Shown: piece after piece, positions 38,644 through 46,789 of the stretch
Position numbering within the stretch: the first letter of the stretch is position 1
How the letters are laid out: each line of letters opens with the position of its first letter
IMG/VR virus record: IMGVR_UViG_3300025648_000013
DNA from: a virus
Reading direction: 5' to 3' (one strand)
DNA length: 64,000 bases
Notes under the pieces: model-generated
The model's input: the letters and a program-made list of their open reading frames with translations, nothing else
Told to the model about the DNA's origin: nothing
Database searches by the model: none
Made by a program: the position numbers and the translations under genes

Positions 38644-39812
38644 TGTATTTTATTCCTAATATTGAAGAATGTCTACCTTTTGCTCGGGCTCTAGGCGCGA
38701 AAACACTTAGAGAAATTGTAATATCTCCTAGAGAAAATGATAAGCCGTTTAATTGTCATAATAACTGTGAGATAAATCCCATATTAGGATATTATATAGT
38801 AAAAGATGGGCATAATATTTTACATGCATTCAAGCATTCCGTGCTTGATGTCGGGGATAAACTTGTAGACATAACACCAACTCTTGACCATCGTACATAT
38901 AATGTGTTTTGTTATGGCACCGAACACCGAGAAGAACACATTACGTATGTGAATAATACAGTCTTTATAAATAGAATAAAGGAGACTGATATGTGTTACT
39001 ACGTTTATGGTTTGATCGATCCAAGAAACAATCAAGTGTTTTATATCGGTAAAGGAAAAGACGATAGAGCATTGTCACACTTTACAGAACATGAACTTGC
39101 TCGATCAGGAAACAATAGAAAAACAGCAAAAATAAGAAAACTAAAGACACTGGGATATTATCCTGTTATAGAGTTTTATGCCCAAAATATTGAAGACGAA
39201 AATCTTGCCTACGATATCGAGTCATCACTCATAAAAAAATATGGCAGAATAGGATATGAGGAATATGGCACACTTACAAATATCTGTGAGGACAATAGAC
39301 CTCCTAACCACAAAGGAAAGACATATCTAGACATATACGGGGCCCGCGCAGAAGAACAAAGAAAAAAACGACACGATTTGCAGTTGTCTGTCGGGGGTTG
39401 GTTCAAAGGACATACGCACACAAAGGAAACTCGCACAAAAATTAGCAAAAAAAGTTCTGGTGAGAACAATCCTAGATTTGGTGTTATCGTAAAGGGAACT
39501 GAAACTGCAAATAAAATAGGCGATGCGAATAGGGGCAAGAAACACTACAAGCGTCCGGACGTAAAATTGCTATACGTAGATGGATTAGATTTATTCATTT
39601 ATAGCAACGATCTTAGAGACTATTGCAGAGAAAATGGATACTCTTATGCCACCTTTAGTAAACAACTTTCTGATTCGTGGCCAAGAAGTAAACGGGGAAA
39701 AAATATGGGACTGTTGATAAGGTATGCTACCACCGATGAAATCACCAGTTATGTTTCTGGTGGCGTGAAAAAAGATATCACGGACACGACATTTTCTAAC
39801 TTTACCCTATGA
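38643..39812 (+). mobile_element. Fusion of a Cys-His-Asp transglutaminase/deamidase-like domain, a GIY-YIG endonuclease and a duplicate NrdB tail
   Basis: NCHNN (C38), HSV (H65), VDITP (D76); YYVYGLIDPR...FYIGKG from ATG 38991 with its own late promoter and RBS; NUMOD3 GHTHTKE; ends EITSYVSGGVKKDITDTTFSNFTL. Confidence 0.8.
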
Positions 39813-40258
39813 CAACTTATATAAGTATACGTGAAGCAACCGAGGTTGACTATCCTAGAATGATAGAGATAGAGAAAGCCTCATTTGAAACAGACACGAT
39901 TACGATTGATGAACTTGAAGACTACCAATCATTTGGTTGTAATGTCAATGTTCTTCAGATCAATGATGATATAGCAGGCTTCTATATAAGTTATGTCTAT
40001 GATGACGATCAAGATCAATCTGAATATCTAGAAACTTTAGAGATTGACCCACAATACCGCGGGCAAGGATACTCTAAACTGCTTTTACAACACTATATCG
40101 ATAATAAGACTATACCATGGTCCCCTCTCACTTTACACTGTAGAGTAGAGAACGATGTGGCTCTGTCTTTATATAATGCATACGGCTTTACTATTACTGA
40201 AATGGTCCTTGGCTTTTACGATGACGGAGGTAATGCATACAAACTCGTAAGGAGCTAA
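39809..40258 (+). CDS. GNAT acetyltransferase (RimI-like)
   Basis: IDPQYRGQGYSKLL, N..AL.LY...GF, FYDDG. Confidence 0.85.
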   Translation: MTTYISIREATEVDYPRMIEIEKASFETDTITIDELEDYQSFGCNVNVLQINDDIAGFYISYVYDDDQDQSEYLETLEIDPQYRGQGYSKLLLQHYIDNKTIPWSPLTLHCRVENDVALSLYNAYGFTITEMVLGFYDDGGNAYKLVRS

Positions 40259-40267
40259 TACAAAGAA

Positions 40268-40954
40268 ATGAAAACCAAGATACACCCTATCTTTGGTAAT
40301 GTTTCGCAATACGATTTACAAGTTTACGAATTAGAACTAGACCTGGAAAACTCGCGTGAAGTGGACGCCCTCGAACAAGGTTGGTTGATCAACGACAATA
40401 AGTGGTATAACTCACGTTCTGTCCGTATCGACTGCAATCTATTCGATAAGAAAACTAAACCACTAAAGGGTTATAAAGTAACCCACGTTGAATCGATTGA
40501 GGATATGTCAGACGTTGGTACCGTATTCGGTATGTTTACAGCCAGACGTAACCTCGATGACATTTATACAATAGAAATCGATCTAGATCGTGCAACATGG
40601 ATTCTTGTGTATAACAATGCAGGAGACTTGGTTGCATTTTCTAAGATGACAACTTATGACGGTGGGCTTGAAACACAGTTTACCGCATGGGACTACTCAG
40701 AACCAAAAGCTTCTATCTCACGCCACTTAGTGGCATATGAAGTAGAGTTAGCCAAGAAGATGGGATATTCTCATCTTTACATTGGTTCTGGTTATGGAAA
40801 TATTGGTATCTACAAGTCACAGTTCAAAGGCTTTGAATGGTGGGATGGAGAACAGTGGTCAACCGACATTGATAAATATGTCGAAGTTTGCTACAGAGAC
40901 GACTCCATCAAAACCCTTCAAGACTTATCTGGATTGATTAATGGCCCTACCTAA
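40268..40954 (+). CDS. ATE/Bpt-like aminoacyl-tRNA--protein transferase
   Basis: ALEQGW, SRSVRID, LVAF, EVELAKKMGYSHLYIG...YKSQF..FE resemble the ATE C-terminal domain. Confidence 0.6.
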   Translation: MKTKIHPIFGNVSQYDLQVYELELDLENSREVDALEQGWLINDNKWYNSRSVRIDCNLFDKKTKPLKGYKVTHVESIEDMSDVGTVFGMFTARRNLDDIYTIEIDLDRATWILVYNNAGDLVAFSKMTTYDGGLETQFTAWDYSEPKASISRHLVAYEVELAKKMGYSHLYIGSGYGNIGIYKSQFKGFEWWDGEQWSTDIDKYVEVCYRDDSIKTLQDLSGLINGPT

Positions 40955-41414
40955 AGTTCATAGTTTTCGTGTCCATACGATGCTTCACGATCCTGCCTTT
41001 CAGAAAGAGATTGGTAGGACCGTGAAGATCATCGACAAGTATGATGTTCCTTATGTCGCTGGTTATTCCAAAGACGGTAAAGACATCTACATTGATAGAC
41101 ACTTAAACGTAAACTTTAATGGTACAAATATTACAAAATACCTCCTTGTTCACGAAAGAGTGGAGAAGGCCTTGATAGATGTGTTTGGGCTTCGATACCA
41201 AGAAGCCCATCACATTGCGTTAGCAGTAGAGCATGACGCGGTTGTTGGTGATGGTATCAATTGGAGAGATTATTCCAAGTTTGTTGATAAATACGTCAAG
41301 AAACTTGATCATGAAAACCTCAAGTTATCACCACCAAATCTAGACCTCACGCCCTACGAAGACGAAAAGGACTTCTCCAAGTTCGTGAAAAAACGGAGTA
41401 AACAAAATGATTGA
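40941..41414 (+). CDS. Hypothetical protein with HExxE...H motif
   Basis: VPYVAGYS, LVHERVEK, YQEAHHIA. Confidence 0.6.
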   Translation: MALPKVHSFRVHTMLHDPAFQKEIGRTVKIIDKYDVPYVAGYSKDGKDIYIDRHLNVNFNGTNITKYLLVHERVEKALIDVFGLRYQEAHHIALAVEHDAVVGDGINWRDYSKFVDKYVKKLDHENLKLSPPNLDLTPYEDEKDFSKFVKKRSKQND

Positions 41415-41568
41415 TTGGATCGAATGTTCTATATGTGAAACAGAATACAAGTTGATTAGTAAAGAACCAGGCATACAAGTTGAGTTTTGTCCATTTTGTG
41501 GCGTTGATGCTGATAGCCAGTTCACACCAGAAGAAGTAGACGACGAAGATGAAGAGTTCGACAGTTAA
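41407..41568 (+). CDS. Small zinc-ribbon protein with acidic tail
   Basis: CSIC...FCPFCG; usual neighbour of endonuclease II. Confidence 0.65.
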   Translation: MIDWIECSICETEYKLISKEPGIQVEFCPFCGVDADSQFTPEEVDDEDEEFDS

Positions 41569-41988
41569 ATGGATTATGAAAATCCATGGATCTATGATGG
41601 GGAACCCTTTACTGATGCACAGGCTGATGGTCATTTTGCATTTGTTTACTTGATCACAAATAAAGTTTCTGGTCGAAAATATCTGGGCAAAAAACTCTTC
41701 ACAATGGCTGGATATAAGACTATAAAGGGTAAGAAGAAGAAGATTCGCAAGCCTAGCGATTGGAAGACCTATTATGGTTCTTCTCCAAGTCTGAAAGCAG
41801 ATGTTGAAGATTTAGGCAAAGAAAACTTTTCTCGCGAGATACTAAAAGTTGTTGACAATAGATCATCCGCCAGTTATTATGAAGCGAAAGAGATGTTTGC
41901 TGTGGATGCGATTCTTTCAGATGAATATTATAATGATTGGTGTACTATAAAGATTTCATCGATGCATGTGAAAGCAATCTATAAATGA
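41569..41988 (+). CDS. Endonuclease II (DenA)-like GIY-YIG protein
   Basis: FVYLITN..SGRKYLGKK...SDWKTYYGSS...FSREIL...YYN. Confidence 0.8.
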   Translation: MDYENPWIYDGEPFTDAQADGHFAFVYLITNKVSGRKYLGKKLFTMAGYKTIKGKKKKIRKPSDWKTYYGSSPSLKADVEDLGKENFSREILKVVDNRSSASYYEAKEMFAVDAILSDEYYNDWCTIKISSMHVKAIYK

Positions 41989-42063
41989 GATAGGTTCTGT
42001 CAGTTGTACCTTAAACGACTGTCAAATGTTATAACATTGTTTTATTTTAATGGAGAATACTGA

Positions 42064-42537
42064 ATGAAGAATCTTATGTTTGCCCTCGCGGCTCTTACCG
42101 CTGTTGCTGCTGCTCCTGCAATGGCAGATAGCTTTACTGGTCCTCGTGTAACGGGTGTTGTTGGTTATCAGAACGTCACCGATCTTCCTGCAAATCGTAG
42201 CTTCACCTATGGTGTCGAAGCTGGCTACGATCACAAGCTTGTAGGTCCTGTTACCGTAGGTGTCGAAGCTGGTCTAGACAACGTGTTTGATCGCACCGAT
42301 GTTAACGTTGGTGGTCGTCTTGGCTATGAAGTAACTCCACATACTCTAGTGTATGCCGGTCTAGGTTATGACAACCTCCGTGATCTAGAAGCACACAATC
42401 TCCAGGGTCTTCGCGCTACCGCAGGGCTTGACGTTAATGTGATTGGTCATGTCTCGGTTGGTGCACAGTACACCCACACCGATCTTGGCGCTGTCAAGAA
42501 CAATGGTGCGGCTGGTACGGTCACTCTCCGCTTCTGA
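42064..42537 (+). CDS. Outer-membrane beta-barrel protein (OmpA-like TM family)
   Basis: Signal peptide ending AMA, FTGPRV, YGVEAGYD, GGRLGY, LVYA..GY, terminal Phe. Confidence 0.8.
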   Translation: MKNLMFALAALTAVAAAPAMADSFTGPRVTGVVGYQNVTDLPANRSFTYGVEAGYDHKLVGPVTVGVEAGLDNVFDRTDVNVGGRLGYEVTPHTLVYAGLGYDNLRDLEAHNLQGLRATAGLDVNVIGHVSVGAQYTHTDLGAVKNNGAAGTVTLRF

Positions 42538-42563
42538 TAAATAGAAGACCACACCCCAGTGAG

Positions 42564-42586
42564 AATGCCCTCCGGGGGCATTTTTT
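42564..42586 (+). terminator. Intrinsic terminator
   Basis: AATGCCC/GGGCATT stem followed by a T run. Confidence 0.75.
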
Positions 42587-42590
42587 GTGG

Positions 42591-42649
42591 TTGACATTTT
42601 TATCGAATCAGCTATGATGAAAAAGTAGTCAGAGAGAGAAAGTGATTCG
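42591..42649 (+). promoter_or_regulatory. Early promoter with paired GANTC sites
   Basis: TTGACA-16-TATGAT; GAATC 42605-42609; TGATTCG 42643-42649. Confidence 0.8.
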
Positions 42650-42653
42650 TTTC

Positions 42654-42830
42654 ATGAAAATGTTTGTTGCTCGTAATCACAATGGGACTTTCATTGCTAA
42701 AGGTGTTGACCTTGGAAATCTGATGGAAGAAGTCATGCTCTATGAAGAAGTGACTGGCAATCGGTGCACCGTCGGCCGAGAAGAGTTTGAAGTTGAACCC
42801 AAGCGCAACATTATCGCTGAGGAGATTTAA
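42654..42830 (+). CDS. Small early protein
   Basis: Directly after the promoter and RBS. Confidence 0.6.
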   Translation: MKMFVARNHNGTFIAKGVDLGNLMEEVMLYEEVTGNRCTVGREEFEVEPKRNIIAEEI

Positions 42831-42831
42831 T

Positions 42832-43050
42832 ATGGCTGACAAGTACGGTCGCGGATATACTTTCACCCACGATTGGGCTGGTGGTATTGTTCTTGCTGAA
42901 ACGGAAACGGGCTGGACCATCTATTTTCAGCCTGGCGATGACGCTGCAAAGATTGATGATTATTTCGATCTTCTCGTTGGTGAATGCGGATACGATGGAC
43001 AGTCTGCATTACGAATCATCTGGGAAGAATATAAAGGAATGGCTGCTTAA
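42832..43050 (+). CDS. Small early protein
   Basis: GAGGAG RBS; YFQPGDDA motif. Confidence 0.6.
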   Translation: MADKYGRGYTFTHDWAGGIVLAETETGWTIYFQPGDDAAKIDDYFDLLVGECGYDGQSALRIIWEEYKGMAA

Positions 43051-43051
43051 T

Positions 43052-43450
43052 ATGACAATGCATCTCCTAGGTCCTGCTTATACCACAAACTCAACTAAGA
43101 AGCGTAAGCCGCAACTAAACACGGCGAAGTATGCTCAAGATTGGGTGGACTATAATAAGCAGATGAAGCGGCTTGGTTTTAAAACCAAGACGTTCCAAGA
43201 GTATGTTGCATATCGACAAGGCAATGCCGCATACAAAACAAAGACCGTTAAGACTGGTATGGAAGCTTCCACATACGTTCGCAATGCGCCCAAGTATGAG
43301 ACTGGTGATGGCATCGGTGTGACGTTTGCCAAAGCGCCTAACACATATACGGGCGACAAGCTGCTCGGCATCGCCACGATGCATAAGAGCAATCTGGTAC
43401 CTGTCTTCAGTCAGGAAGACGCGGAAGATATTTCTAAAATGAGGCGATGA
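43052..43450 (+). CDS. Conserved T4-like hypothetical protein
   Basis: YTG..LLGIATMHKSNLVPVF. Confidence 0.75.
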   Translation: MTMHLLGPAYTTNSTKKRKPQLNTAKYAQDWVDYNKQMKRLGFKTKTFQEYVAYRQGNAAYKTKTVKTGMEASTYVRNAPKYETGDGIGVTFAKAPNTYTGDKLLGIATMHKSNLVPVFSQEDAEDISKMRR

Positions 43451-43454
43451 CCGC

Positions 43455-43513
43455 TTGACATTTATCGCGAATCTGTTATGATGAAAATATAGACAATGAG
43501 AAGGAATGATTCG
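43455..43513 (+). promoter_or_regulatory. Early promoter with paired GANTC sites
   Basis: TTGACA-16-TATGAT; GAATC 43469-43473; TGATTCG 43507-43513. Confidence 0.8.
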
Positions 43514-43515
43514 TT

Positions 43516-44241
43516 ATGACTGATATCCAAAGCAAGATCAAGGCTCGCATTCGCGCTCTCTCGGCTAAGACCGTCAAGAATGGTTGCTCGGAAGAAGAAG
43601 CACTTACCGCAATCAACATGGTGGGTAAGTTGCTCTCGCAATATAATCTGTCCATGAACGAGGTCGAACTTCGTGATGAAGTTTGTGACACTTTGAAGAT
43701 TGATATTGGCAGCAAGGTCCGCAACGGCGTCTATTACGCTCTCTCGGATATCGCTGGCTTTACCGATTGTAAGGTGTGGACCAATCGTGGTGCCACTCTG
43801 AAGTATTGCTTCTTTGGTCAAGAAAGCGATCTACTGATGGTGAAGTATCTTTATGATATTATCCTGTCGGCTATGGCAACTGAACTGGCAAAGTTCAAGA
43901 AGACTCCTGAATATAAGGGAGCATATAGCAAGAAGGGTGCTACCAGTTCGTTTACCACTGGTATGGCAATGCGTATTGGTCGTCGTCTGAACGAAATGAA
44001 GGCTCAGATGAACGGCGAAGAAAAAGCTGCACGAGGCGGCAGCAATGCTTTGATTGTTCTGAAGAATCAGGTTGTCAATCAGGCATATCGTGAACTTGGC
44101 TTGCGTCTTAAGAAGAACTATGGTGGTACCACCATTCGTGATGGTGCAGCATATCGCAGCGGTCAGTCTGCTGGTGATCGTGTCAATCTTTCTCGCCCGA
44201 TCAATGGTCCTGGCGGCAATGTTTTGCGCATTGCTGCTTGA
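43516..44241 (+). CDS. DUF2786-domain protein
   Basis: IRAL.AKT..NGCSEEEA...LL.QYNLS; FFG..SD; SF..G; AY..G..AG..V.L. Confidence 0.75.
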   Translation: MTDIQSKIKARIRALSAKTVKNGCSEEEALTAINMVGKLLSQYNLSMNEVELRDEVCDTLKIDIGSKVRNGVYYALSDIAGFTDCKVWTNRGATLKYCFFGQESDLLMVKYLYDIILSAMATELAKFKKTPEYKGAYSKKGATSSFTTGMAMRIGRRLNEMKAQMNGEEKAARGGSNALIVLKNQVVNQAYRELGLRLKKNYGGTTIRDGAAYRSGQSAGDRVNLSRPINGPGGNVLRIAA

Positions 44242-44265
44242 CATTTAAATCGAATCAGTTATAGT
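44238..44265 (+). promoter_or_regulatory. Early promoter with spacer GANTC
   Basis: TTGACA-16-TATAGT; GAATC 44252-44256. Confidence 0.8.
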
Positions 44266-44313
44266 AAAAATATGAGGTCGAGTGGTTCGACCGATTTGAA
44301 AGGTGATTTGATT

Positions 44314-45291
44314 ATGGCACATATGATTGAACAACTCTCTGATGGATCTTTTAGTCATGCATACGCTGGCGATCTGCCCTGGCACGGTCTCGGCTTCAAG
44401 GTCTCTAATGACCTCACTCCTGAACAGATGATGGAAGCTGCTCGGCTTGACTGGACAGTTGACACTGTTCCTCTTCCTGCAATGTATAACGGTCAGAAGA
44501 TCAACACTGGTCACTCTGCTCTGATCCGTAGCAGCGATAGCAAGGTGCTTGACGTTATCACGGATGACTGGAAGCCTCTTCAGAACCTTGAAGCTTTCCA
44601 GTTCTTCAATGATTTTGTTGGCGCTGGTGATATGTCCATGCACACTGCTGGTTCTCTGATGGACGGCAAGATGGTATGGGGTCTTGCAAAGATCAACGAC
44701 TCTTTTGAACTGTTTGGTGGAGACAAGGTTGAAGGCTTCCTGCTCTTCAGCAATCCTCATCAGTATGGTAAGTCGATTGACGTTCGTTTTACTCCCATCC
44801 GTGTTGTCTGCAATAACACTCTGACACTTGCTCTTGGTGGCAAAGCTTCTAACATGGTGAAGATCAATCACCGTCGTGAGTTTGATCCTGATATGGTCAA
44901 GGAAACTCTCGGTATTGCTAGTGATAAGCTTGCTAAGTACAAGGAAATGGCTGCCTTTCTCGGCACCAAGAAATACAGCAATGAAAACATCGTTGAATAC
45001 TTCAATCGTATTTTCCCCAAAACCTCTGACAAGAAGAACTCTGTTGCAGAAAAGGCTGGCCAGTTGCACAGTCGCGCTGCACAGTTTGCGATGGAAGCAC
45101 TCCATGAACAGCCTGGTGCACAGTTTGCAGAAGGTTCGTGGTGGCAGGCAATAAATTCGATAACATATTTGACTGACCACGTTCTTGGTCGGTCAAACGA
45201 TACTCGCCTTGCTTCTGCTTGGTACGGTGTCAATCAAAAGAAGAAGATTGATGCTCTAAATCTTGCGATGGAATACGCTGAAGCTTCTTAA
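44314..45291 (+). CDS. DUF932-family (LGT-associated) protein
   Basis: PWHGLG, LDWTV, QN.EAF.F, TAGSL..GK.VW, TPIRVVCNNTL. Confidence 0.85.
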   Translation: MAHMIEQLSDGSFSHAYAGDLPWHGLGFKVSNDLTPEQMMEAARLDWTVDTVPLPAMYNGQKINTGHSALIRSSDSKVLDVITDDWKPLQNLEAFQFFNDFVGAGDMSMHTAGSLMDGKMVWGLAKINDSFELFGGDKVEGFLLFSNPHQYGKSIDVRFTPIRVVCNNTLTLALGGKASNMVKINHRREFDPDMVKETLGIASDKLAKYKEMAAFLGTKKYSNENIVEYFNRIFPKTSDKKNSVAEKAGQLHSRAAQFAMEALHEQPGAQFAEGSWWQAINSITYLTDHVLGRSNDTRLASAWYGVNQKKKIDALNLAMEYAEAS

Positions 45292-45296
45292 GTCTC

Positions 45297-45325
45297 CTGT
45301 CCTGAGCATGACGGTAAAATGCTCA
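45297..45325 (+). other. Compact H-type pseudoknot candidate
   Basis: Stem 1 CTGTC/GACGG and stem 2 TGAGCAT/ATGCTCA, interleaved. Confidence 0.45.
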
Positions 45326-45344
45326 TCTTCCTGGAGATTATGTT

Positions 45345-45572
45345 ATGAACCCTGTTATTAAGAAAATCGGTGAAAGAACTGGATTATACATGGAAAATCA
45401 CTTCTCTGGTGGTTTTCCTAATGATTCTTTAACTATTGTCGAAGATTTTGCTGAGGAAATTATTAGAGAAGTTATCTCTGTTCTACATAAGCGATACATG
45501 GGTGACCATAATCGAGAAGATATGGAAGTTCTTAATTGTATTGTTGATATTAAAAAACATTTTGGAGTTTAA
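45345..45572 (+). CDS. Small hypothetical protein
   Basis: FAEEIIRE...IKKHFGV phage motif; GGAG RBS. Confidence 0.65.
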   Translation: MNPVIKKIGERTGLYMENHFSGGFPNDSLTIVEDFAEEIIREVISVLHKRYMGDHNREDMEVLNCIVDIKKHFGV

Positions 45573-45576
45573 TAAA

Positions 45577-46344
45577 ATGACTAAAAGTGATAAGATTAAG
45601 TGGGGTCCAGCAATCGACGTCAAGGTAGTCCGCGAGCGGCCCGACTGGCTGAAGGCCAGCGAAATCTGCGCGATCAAGGATCGTGGCACGTGGTTAGGCG
45701 AGGGCGGCACATGCAAGGCGTCGATGTGGTCGGCCATCAGCTTGAGCAGGTCGGCGGCGATGTGGTCCTGGCATGAAGACATCACCCAGATCAAGCTGAT
45801 GGTCGATCATGACTACTACACCTTGCAGAAGTACAACGAGATGTACGGCACGTCCTTCACGTACTGGGGCGGGCAGAAAGAGAAACCCGACGACTGGGAC
45901 GGCATCGCCGTAGTGCTGCGTAATGGCAGTACGATCCCCAGCCCAATCAGTTGGAGCTCCAACTTCTCGGGCAGCCCAATCAGTTGGAGCCACCCATGCC
46001 ACCCTTGGATGAAAGGCGTCAATGGGAAGGGCGACGTCATCGGCTACACGCGCAAGGTGGAACCTGTAACCAAGAATAATACTGAAGAAGCAATCCCGCA
46101 GTGGGCGCTGGACGAGGCGAAGACGCGGTTGAACGAGGAAGTTGGTTGGCATCTTTATACGGCCGAAAGCTCCGCACCCAAAATCCTCGCCCGCATGATC
46201 GTGAAGCTGAAGCAGCCACCTGTTGATCCTGACGAGGAAGCTTTGAAGCGGATACTTAAGACTGTCTGCGTAGTAAAAGAACACTGTGGTGGAAACTGGC
46301 ATTCCGCCCTCGCTCAGTACAAGAAGGAGATTGGCCGTGGTTGA
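45577..46344 (+). CDS. Mosaic hypothetical protein with a GC-rich interior
   Basis: GGAG RBS; marked GC3 shift; 19-bp internal repeat CAGCCCAATCAGTTGGAGC. Confidence 0.6.
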   Translation: MTKSDKIKWGPAIDVKVVRERPDWLKASEICAIKDRGTWLGEGGTCKASMWSAISLSRSAAMWSWHEDITQIKLMVDHDYYTLQKYNEMYGTSFTYWGGQKEKPDDWDGIAVVLRNGSTIPSPISWSSNFSGSPISWSHPCHPWMKGVNGKGDVIGYTRKVEPVTKNNTEEAIPQWALDEAKTRLNEEVGWHLYTAESSAPKILARMIVKLKQPPVDPDEEALKRILKTVCVVKEHCGGNWHSALAQYKKEIGRG

Positions 46345-46531
46345 TAATATGCGAGTTGTGCGTTTTTATAAGAATCGATTCGTGTCAACTACTCAAGGTG
46401 CTGTGAACCAAAAAGAGTATACAGGTCGAACTGAAATCCAAATCAAAGTACATGTTAACAGTGTAGTAGGCGATAAAGTTGTAAGTTCTATGGAATGGCA
46501 AACTGTACCAACTGTAGATATGGAAGGTTGA
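46337..46531 (+). CDS. Small hypothetical protein
   Basis: AAGGAG RBS before GTG; ends EWQTVPTV. Confidence 0.5.
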   Translation: MVDNMRVVRFYKNRFVSTTQGAVNQKEYTGRTEIQIKVHVNSVVGDKVVSSMEWQTVPTVDMEG

Positions 46532-46534
46532 AGT

Positions 46535-46789
46535 ATGTCTTGTAGTGTTCCAGACTTGCTGGTGTCTCTACCAGCCGTCTTAATGTTGGCCATGTTCGTG
46601 TATATCTTTAAGCGACATCTAACGTTGGATGCTGCTTGGAATGAAGGCTTTGATGCTGCTAGTATGACACACGATAATAATAACCCTATCGGGCATATTA
46701 TTGGTCAAAATACTGTTGACAATCATGTTGAAATCATGGTAGAACATAGAGACGGAACATGTGCCCGCTATAGAAAGGTTGAAGTATAA
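46535..46789 (+). CDS. Small membrane-anchored hypothetical protein
   Basis: N-terminal hydrophobic segment. Confidence 0.55.
   Translation: MSCSVPDLLVSLPAVLMLAMFVYIFKRHLTLDAAWNEGFDAASMTHDNNNPIGHIIGQNTVDNHVEIMVEHRDGTCARYRKVEV

Noticed and set aside
38570-39740. Group I intron in nrdB (as in T4)
   Set aside because: nrdB is complete with its own stop, the insert is wall-to-wall coding, and I see no P/Q/R/S core.
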